DNA of 64,000 nucleotides from Daejeonella sp. (lineage in GTDB: Bacteria > Bacteroidota > Bacteroidia > Sphingobacteriales > Sphingobacteriaceae): NCBI GenBank assembly GCA_035631395.1, contig DASQIU010000045.1, positions 12,521 to 76,520 of the forward strand, read 5' to 3'. A model generated the notes under the pieces. The model was not told the origin of the DNA. It worked only from the letters and a program-made list of their open reading frames with translations, and made no database searches. The translations under genes and the position numbers were made by a program. This document shows, piece by piece, positions 59,110 through 64,000 of this stretch (position 1 is the stretch's first letter; each line of letters opens with the position of its first letter).

Positions 59110-60483
59110 ATGTCATTACATCCTTCTCATTCTACCGATACCATTGTTGCCCTGGCTACTCCTTCCGGAAGCGGAGCCATCGCAGTCATCAGGCTTTCCG
59201 GTCCGCAGGCCATTGATATCATCAATCAGGTTTTTAAGGGGAAAGACCTAAGCAAACAGTCCTCGCATACCATTCATTTTGGTACCATCCGCGATGGGGA
59301 AACGATTTTGGATGAGGTGCTGGTTTCTTTGTTTGTGGCCCCGCATTCATACACCAAAGAGAATGTGGTAGAAATATCTACCCACGGCTCAAAATATATT
59401 ATCGAAAGCATCATCCGGCTGCTGATAAAACAGGGGGCTCGGGCGGCCAAACCCGGCGAATTCACCTTAAGGGCTTTTTTAAATGGAGCCATGGATCTTT
59501 CTCAGGCCGAAGCGGTTGCCGATCTGATTGCTTCCAACTCTCAGGCTTCGCATCAGATGGCCATGCAGCAAATGCGGGGCGGATTCTCTCATGAACTGAG
59601 CGCCTTGCGGGAGCAGTTGATCCACTTTGCTTCCATGATAGAACTGGAGCTGGATTTTGGTGAAGAAGATGTGGAATTTGCTAACCGCGATGACCTGAAA
59701 GGCCTGATATTCCAGATCAACAAGATCTTGCACCGGCTGATTCAGTCTTTTGAGCAAGGAAATGTGTTGAAAAACGGTGTTCCGGTGGTGATTGCCGGAA
59801 AACCCAATGTGGGCAAATCTACCTTGTTAAATGCCTTGTTGAACGAGGAACGGGCCATTGTATCGGATATTCCGGGCACTACCCGCGATACCATTGAAGA
59901 TGAGATGAATATCCGGGGTATCCATTTCCGTTTTATTGACACGGCCGGAATCCGTCATACCGAAGATATTATTGAAGCCAAAGGAGTAGAGCGCACCCAC
60001 GAAAAGATTCGTTTGGCCAAACTGATTATTTACCTGATTGATCCTGAACAAAGTACCCAGGAAATCCATCAGCAAATAGATTATTTAAACGAACTGCAAA
60101 TTCCATTTGTGGGCGTGGTGAATAAAATGGATCTGTTAAACGGCAGCTTCCGCAATGAATTCAGTGAGGCCGGATTCAGTTTTATTTCTGCCCGGAATAA
60201 GGATGGAATTGAGGAATTAAAAGATACCATATTACATAAAGTAAATCTTCATAAAATCAATTCTGATGATGTGCTAGTGAGTAACATACGCCATCTGGAA
60301 GCGCTTCAAAAAACGGAAGAATCCCTGAACCGGGTTCTGGAAAATATCGACAACCCAGTTAGTTCCGATTTCCTGGCCATGGACATCAAACAGGCCCTGC
60401 ATTATCTGGGTGAAATCACCGGAACGGTTACTACGGATGACTTGCTGGAGAATATTTTTAGCAAGTTTTGTATTGGGAAATAG
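59110..60483 (+). CDS. mnmE: tRNA modification GTPase MnmE (TrmE)
   Basis: 457 aa. DTIVALATPSGSGAIAVIRLSG, G1 motif GKPNVGKSTLLNAL, and the C-terminal FCIGK. Confidence 0.96.
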   Translation: MSLHPSHSTDTIVALATPSGSGAIAVIRLSGPQAIDIINQVFKGKDLSKQSSHTIHFGTIRDGETILDEVLVSLFVAPHSYTKENVVEISTHGSKYIIESIIRLLIKQGARAAKPGEFTLRAFLNGAMDLSQAEAVADLIASNSQASHQMAMQQMRGGFSHELSALREQLIHFASMIELELDFGEEDVEFANRDDLKGLIFQINKILHRLIQSFEQGNVLKNGVPVVIAGKPNVGKSTLLNALLNEERAIVSDIPGTTRDTIEDEMNIRGIHFRFIDTAGIRHTEDIIEAKGVERTHEKIRLAKLIIYLIDPEQSTQEIHQQIDYLNELQIPFVGVVNKMDLLNGSFRNEFSEAGFSFISARNKDGIEELKDTILHKVNLHKINSDDVLVSNIRHLEALQKTEESLNRVLENIDNPVSSDFLAMDIKQALHYLGEITGTVTTDDLLENIFSKFCIGK

Positions 60484-60542
60484 TTGCATACAAATAGATA
60501 TAGCTAGATATTAATAGATCAACATAGGGTGTTGGCAAAGGT

Positions 60543-60579
60543 GAGCCGATTATTTTGATTAATCGGCTCATTTTTTTTA
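60543..60579 (+). terminator. rho-independent terminator after mnmE
   Basis: gagccgatta / taatcggctc is a 10-bp stem followed by tttttttt. Confidence 0.75.
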
Positions 60580-60587
60580 TATATTTG
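60580..60587 (+). promoter_or_regulatory. candidate -7 box (TAtaTTTG) for the Fic gene
   Basis: Matches TAnnTTTG, 30 nt upstream of the Fic ATG and immediately after the mnmE terminator. No well-spaced -33 TTTG is present. Confidence 0.3.
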
Positions 60588-60616
60588 AGTTGATTGTTTT
60601 AATTAATCGGCTCAAG

Positions 60617-61714
60617 ATGTATAATTGGCAACATAAAGAATGGCCTAAGTTTACTTACTCGATAGAAAAATTGCAAGAAATAGCAGTTTTGTTTGCACAG
60701 GAATTTGGCTTAGTAAATGGTTTAGTGTTGGGTTTAAATGAAGAACTCAAGCAAGAGGCTGTACTGGAGATTCTAATAGCAGAAGCGATTAAGACTTCGG
60801 AAATTGAAGGAGAATACATGAGTAGGGAAGATGTAATGTCTTCTATTAAAAATAACTTAGGCATAAAACCTGCTGTTTTAGTAAAGGATAAAAGAGCTTC
60901 GGGTATTGCAAAGCTGATGCTGGAAGTTAATCAAGACATTGATCAATTATTGGACCTCGAAAAAATATGCAATTGGCATAAAATTTTAATGGAATATGAT
61001 CCAAAGGTGAATGCAGGCGAATGGCGTAAAGGGGCTGAACCAATGCAGGTAGTTTCAGGAGCTTACGGTAGAGAGATTGTTCATTATGAAGCGCCACCAT
61101 CGGAAAATGTTCCTGCCGAAATGGAAAATTTCATGGAATGGTACGCTTACTCAGAGTTACCTGTTAAAGATCCTATTTCTAAAGCTTTGTTAAAGTCGGC
61201 TATTGCACATTTGTATTTTGAAACCATTCATCCATTTGAAGACGGTAACGGTAGGATTGGGCGAGCTTTAGCCGAATTTACACTTTCTCAAAGTTTAAAA
61301 AGTTCGGTATTACTTTCGATTTCAAAAATTATCGAAAAGGAAAAAAACAAGTATTACGAAGAGCTGAAATATGCACAAAGGAGTTTAGATGTTACTGATT
61401 GGATTAATTACTTTGTTCAGCTGATATTAGATGCCCAAAAGGATTCTAAAGAATTGATACAGTTTACACTGAAAAAGGCGAAATTTTTTGATCAATATTC
61501 TGTTAAACTTAATGAACGCCAGCTGAAAGTGATTCAGCGGATGCTGGAAAATGGCGCAGCTGGTTTCCAAGGTGGTATGACTGCTAAGAAATATATAGCG
61601 ATTACCAAAACATCAAAGGCAACGGCAACAAGAGATATGCAAGAGCTTCAGGGAATGGGTGTTTTTGCTAAAGAAGGTGCCGGGAGATCGGTGCGCTATG
61701 AATTGGTTTTGTAG
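60617..61714 (+). CDS. Fic-family protein (N-terminal DUF4172-like region, Fic core, C-terminal wHTH)
   Basis: The active site HPFEDGNGRIGRAL is a perfect HxFx(D/E)GNGRxxR. TSEIEG upstream fits the [ST]xxxE[GN] inhibitory motif. Start trimmed to MYNWQHKEWPKF. Confidence 0.9.
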   Translation: MYNWQHKEWPKFTYSIEKLQEIAVLFAQEFGLVNGLVLGLNEELKQEAVLEILIAEAIKTSEIEGEYMSREDVMSSIKNNLGIKPAVLVKDKRASGIAKLMLEVNQDIDQLLDLEKICNWHKILMEYDPKVNAGEWRKGAEPMQVVSGAYGREIVHYEAPPSENVPAEMENFMEWYAYSELPVKDPISKALLKSAIAHLYFETIHPFEDGNGRIGRALAEFTLSQSLKSSVLLSISKIIEKEKNKYYEELKYAQRSLDVTDWINYFVQLILDAQKDSKELIQFTLKKAKFFDQYSVKLNERQLKVIQRMLENGAAGFQGGMTAKKYIAITKTSKATATRDMQELQGMGVFAKEGAGRSVRYELVL

Positions 61715-61800
61715 GTGAGTTGTTTGGTTAAACTATGGCACTATCAATATAGAATCGGAATTAGGAAGACACAGGCGGCACACGTGCGTTAGCAAAGGGG

Positions 61801-61964
61801 AATCCCTCACCCCGGTACTGGAAAATATCGACAATCCGGTTAGTTCCGATTTCCTGGCCATGGATATTAAACAGGCCCTGCATTACCTGGGAGAAATTAC
61901 CGGAATGGTTACTACGGATGATTTGCTGGAGAATATTTTTAGTAAGTTTTGTATTGGGAAGTAA
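61801..61964 (+). pseudogene. detached duplicate of the mnmE 3' end (54 codons plus stop)
   Basis: Translates in frame as [54 protein letters not shown]. The mnmE end reads [54 protein letters not shown]. No upstream coding continuation is present. Confidence 0.85.
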
Positions 61965-62090
61965 AGGCGGAAAGTCAAATAGAAAATTCAACTTTTCGAA
62001 TATTAGATGGTTGCCGAATTGAAGATAGTGGACATTAGCAACAGTGCACATACGACCGATAGAGGATAGTATTTAAGTGAAAAAAATAAA

Positions 62091-62828
62091 ATGACAAGAA
62101 TGAAAGCGTTTTATGATTGGTATGATGAAATTTTAGTGCATATTCGAGAAAATGGTTTAAGAAATTTATCAGAATATGAGTACAATGGAGCAAATCCATT
62201 CTCTACTTTTACTGATATAACTAAATCTAAACAAAGTTTAAAGGATTTTTCTTATTCCGATTTCAAACATGGCGATGAATTCCAGTTCTTGTCTATGGAT
62301 TTAATTTATGCCATATCGATTATAGAACTTTTGCACCCTAAAATAAATGATGCTGTCAACGAAGATGGCACTTACATGCAAACTGTAGAAGATCATATTT
62401 ATTTGAGGTATGCGGGTTATGCCCTTCAGACAATTTATTCTTTTTGGGATAGGATAGGAGATTTTTTAGACATCTTCTATGAGACGAAGCAGAAAAATGA
62501 TATATACATATCACGAGTATTTCAAAGATTTCCAGAAGAACACCGCTCTAACACCTTCGAAAAATTAAAAAAATTATATGAGGATAATGTATTACCCATT
62601 TTGGAAGAAAGGCATCAAGTCGTACATGGTTTCACTTTAAAGGGAAGATATTATTGGGAAGTTATAGAATATGGCAGAGAGAATCCAGATAAACTAAAAG
62701 CCTTACAAGAAGAAAAAAGTTCATACCCTAACACATTTAGAAAACAACTTGATTTTATGTTTGAAGGTTTTCGATTGGCATTAACACTCGTTTCTGAATT
62801 ACCAAATAAGGAGATTAATATATGTTAA
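62091..62828 (+). CDS. hypothetical protein with an Rx4H motif (HEPN-like, possibly Cthe_2314-type)
   Basis: 245 aa, AT-rich and all-helical in appearance. ILEERHQVVHGF contains R-x4-H, preceded by FWDRIGDFL. The family assignment is from memory of HEPN family descriptions, not from a search. Confidence 0.45.
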   Translation: MTRMKAFYDWYDEILVHIRENGLRNLSEYEYNGANPFSTFTDITKSKQSLKDFSYSDFKHGDEFQFLSMDLIYAISIIELLHPKINDAVNEDGTYMQTVEDHIYLRYAGYALQTIYSFWDRIGDFLDIFYETKQKNDIYISRVFQRFPEEHRSNTFEKLKKLYEDNVLPILEERHQVVHGFTLKGRYYWEVIEYGRENPDKLKALQEEKSSYPNTFRKQLDFMFEGFRLALTLVSELPNKEINIC

Positions 62829-62903
62829 CTGAGCTGTTCTTCGATATGTTTTGCAAGGTATATCTAAGAACAGATAAAAGGGATTCAATCTTTAGAATAA
62901 CCG

Positions 62904-62936
62904 AGAAATGGTTCAAGCGTCCAGCTTGAGCCATTT
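62904..62936. terminator. hairpin between the convergent HEPN-like and DUF885 genes
   Basis: gaaatggttcaagc / gcttgagccatttc is a 14-bp stem with one G-U-type mismatch. The T-run is weak. Confidence 0.4.
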
Positions 62937-62991
62937 CTTCATGAAAAGTGCCAGTTTATTGCTTTTAGCTTATCAAGTAGAAGCCCTACAA

Positions 62992-64000
62992 TCAGGATTT
63001 ACCCTGACGAGCTGCCCAGGCATCCATTTTCTTTTCCAGTATTTCCAGGGGCATACATCCATCCTTTAATAATTCATCGTGGAAATCCGCTAATTTGAAT
63101 TTGCTGCCCAATTCTTTTTCATATTTATTTCTGAGCTCCCTTATTTTCATGGCGCCGATTTTATAAGACAGCGCCTGTCCGGGTATGGCCATATAGCGTT
63201 CTATCTCCGCGGTGGCGCCCTCTTCCGATATTTGCTCATTATCCATCATGTATTTGATGGCTTCTTCGCGGCTCATATTTTTAGTATGAATGGCCACGTC
63301 TACCACCAGGCGAATTGCCCGGTGCATTTCATCACCTAAGGCCCCTATATATTGATACGGATCAGTATAAAGCCCTAATTCTTTCCCTAACGACTCACAA
63401 TATAGTGCATATCCTTCGCCATAGGCGCCGTACCAGCTAAAGCGCCGGAACTTGGGAAGCTGTGTATTTTCCTGCTGCAAAGAGATTTGATAGTGATGGC
63501 CGGGAATCGCTTCGTGCAGGAACAAGGATTCCATGCCCGAGGTGATATTAAATTTGGTGGCGTCGAGTATCGGAATATAGAATATGCCCGGACGGCTTCC
63601 ATCCGGCGAGCCCTGGTTATATTCCGCACTGGCTGAAGCAGCCCGGAAAGCTTCTGTCTGTCTTATTTCAAAAGGTGTTTTTGGGACATGGCTATACATT
63701 TTTTTTAGGTTAGGCTCCATTTTTTTATGGATGGCCTCAAAAGCTGCCAGCACTTCTGCGGGCGTTTTATAAGGCATAAACTTTTTGTCGGTTTTCAGAT
63801 AGGTGAAAAAAGCCTTCAGATCACCTTTAAATCCCACCGCATTTTTTACACTATCCATTTGGCCTCTGATCCTTGCCACCTCGGCAAGTCCTGCCTGGTA
63901 AATTTCTTCCGGCGTTTTATTGGTGGTAGTCCAACGTTTTACCAAGTACAAATATTCCTTAGTGCCGTCCGGCAAAGAGGATAGGCCGGATGTGGAACGG
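62992..64000 (-). CDS. DUF885-family protein, C-terminal part (gene continues past the right edge)
   Basis: HEAIPGHHYQ and the surrounding pattern are typical of DUF885. The frame stays open to the window end. Confidence 0.8.
   Translation of the reverse strand, partial: RSTSGLSSLPDGTKEYLYLVKRWTTTNKTPEEIYQAGLAEVARIRGQMDSVKNAVGFKGDLKAFFTYLKTDKKFMPYKTPAEVLAAFEAIHKKMEPNLKKMYSHVPKTPFEIRQTEAFRAASASAEYNQGSPDGSRPGIFYIPILDATKFNITSGMESLFLHEAIPGHHYQISLQQENTQLPKFRRFSWYGAYGEGYALYCESLGKELGLYTDPYQYIGALGDEMHRAIRLVVDVAIHTKNMSREEAIKYMMDNEQISEEGATAEIERYMAIPGQALSYKIGAMKIRELRNKYEKELGSKFKLADFHDELLKDGCMPLEILEKKMDAWAARQGKS

Larger units (their letters stand above)
60320..61964 (+). mobile_element. remnant integrated islet bounded by direct repeats of the mnmE 3' end (cargo: Fic gene)
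   Basis: The 164-bp segments 60320-60483 and 61801-61964 align without gaps, with about 16 mismatches. No recombinase gene lies between them. Confidence 0.5.

Noticed and set aside
61761-62051. 96-aa minus-strand ORF downstream of the Fic gene
   Set aside because: It is the antisense shadow of the duplicated mnmE 3' fragment. Its sequence mirrors the shadow ORF 60274-60489 opposite the real mnmE end. It is useful as evidence for the duplication, not as a gene.
1-64000. Search for integrases, transposases, phage structural genes, rRNA, tmRNA, RNase P RNA or riboswitches
   Set aside because: I recognised none in any ORF or in the larger spacers. Absence by eye is not proof for the RNA classes; a covariance-model scan (Infernal/Rfam) would settle it.

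Overview
This is a 64-kb chromosomal window from a Bacteroidota-type genome. The evidence is roughly 40% GC by eye, no Shine-Dalgarno sequences ahead of obvious starts, TAnnTTTG-type -7 boxes, a GH92 mannosidase, a PD40/TPR/OmpA protein and many small lipoproteins. Most of the window is housekeeping: mltG, ddl, rpsO-pnp, rpe, one tRNA-Arg(TCT), yidC-pyrG, a DEAD-box helicase, htpG, gltA, dnaB, rlmB, kdsD-recQ-kdsA, queE, folD, lepA and mnmE. I found no rRNA, CRISPR array, integrase or transposase.

Two accessory patches stand out.
1. An AT-rich island at about 46.0-49.2 kb sits between queE and an NTF2-like gene. It carries a same-strand trio (a GIY-YIG nuclease, a 248-aa helical orphan and a small protein whose soluble fold is split by a two-TM hairpin) next to a PIN/DUF6364-like toxin-antitoxin pair. 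This is my best candidate for an uncharacterised conflict or defence module.
2. The 3' end of mnmE (last 54 codons plus stop, 164 bp) is duplicated about 1.5 kb downstream at roughly 90% identity, with mostly synonymous differences. The two copies bracket a Fic gene that has an intact active site. An AT-rich orphan with an Rx4H (HEPN-like) motif follows. This looks like the footprint of integration into mnmE.

The intergenic DNA is unusually rich in structured, word-like repeats:
- a composite dispersed element of about 160 bp
- a 108-bp tandem repeat
- a degenerate array with a period of about 82 bp upstream of mnmE
- TTTAGGG-like inverted repeats bracketing one gene
- an inverted pair of quasi-palindromes of about 100 bp flanking a two-ORF cassette

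CDS coordinates come from the ORF track, with some starts trimmed by arithmetic. All other coordinates are hand-counted and should be read as +/-2 nt. All homology statements are motif recognition by eye, not database searches.
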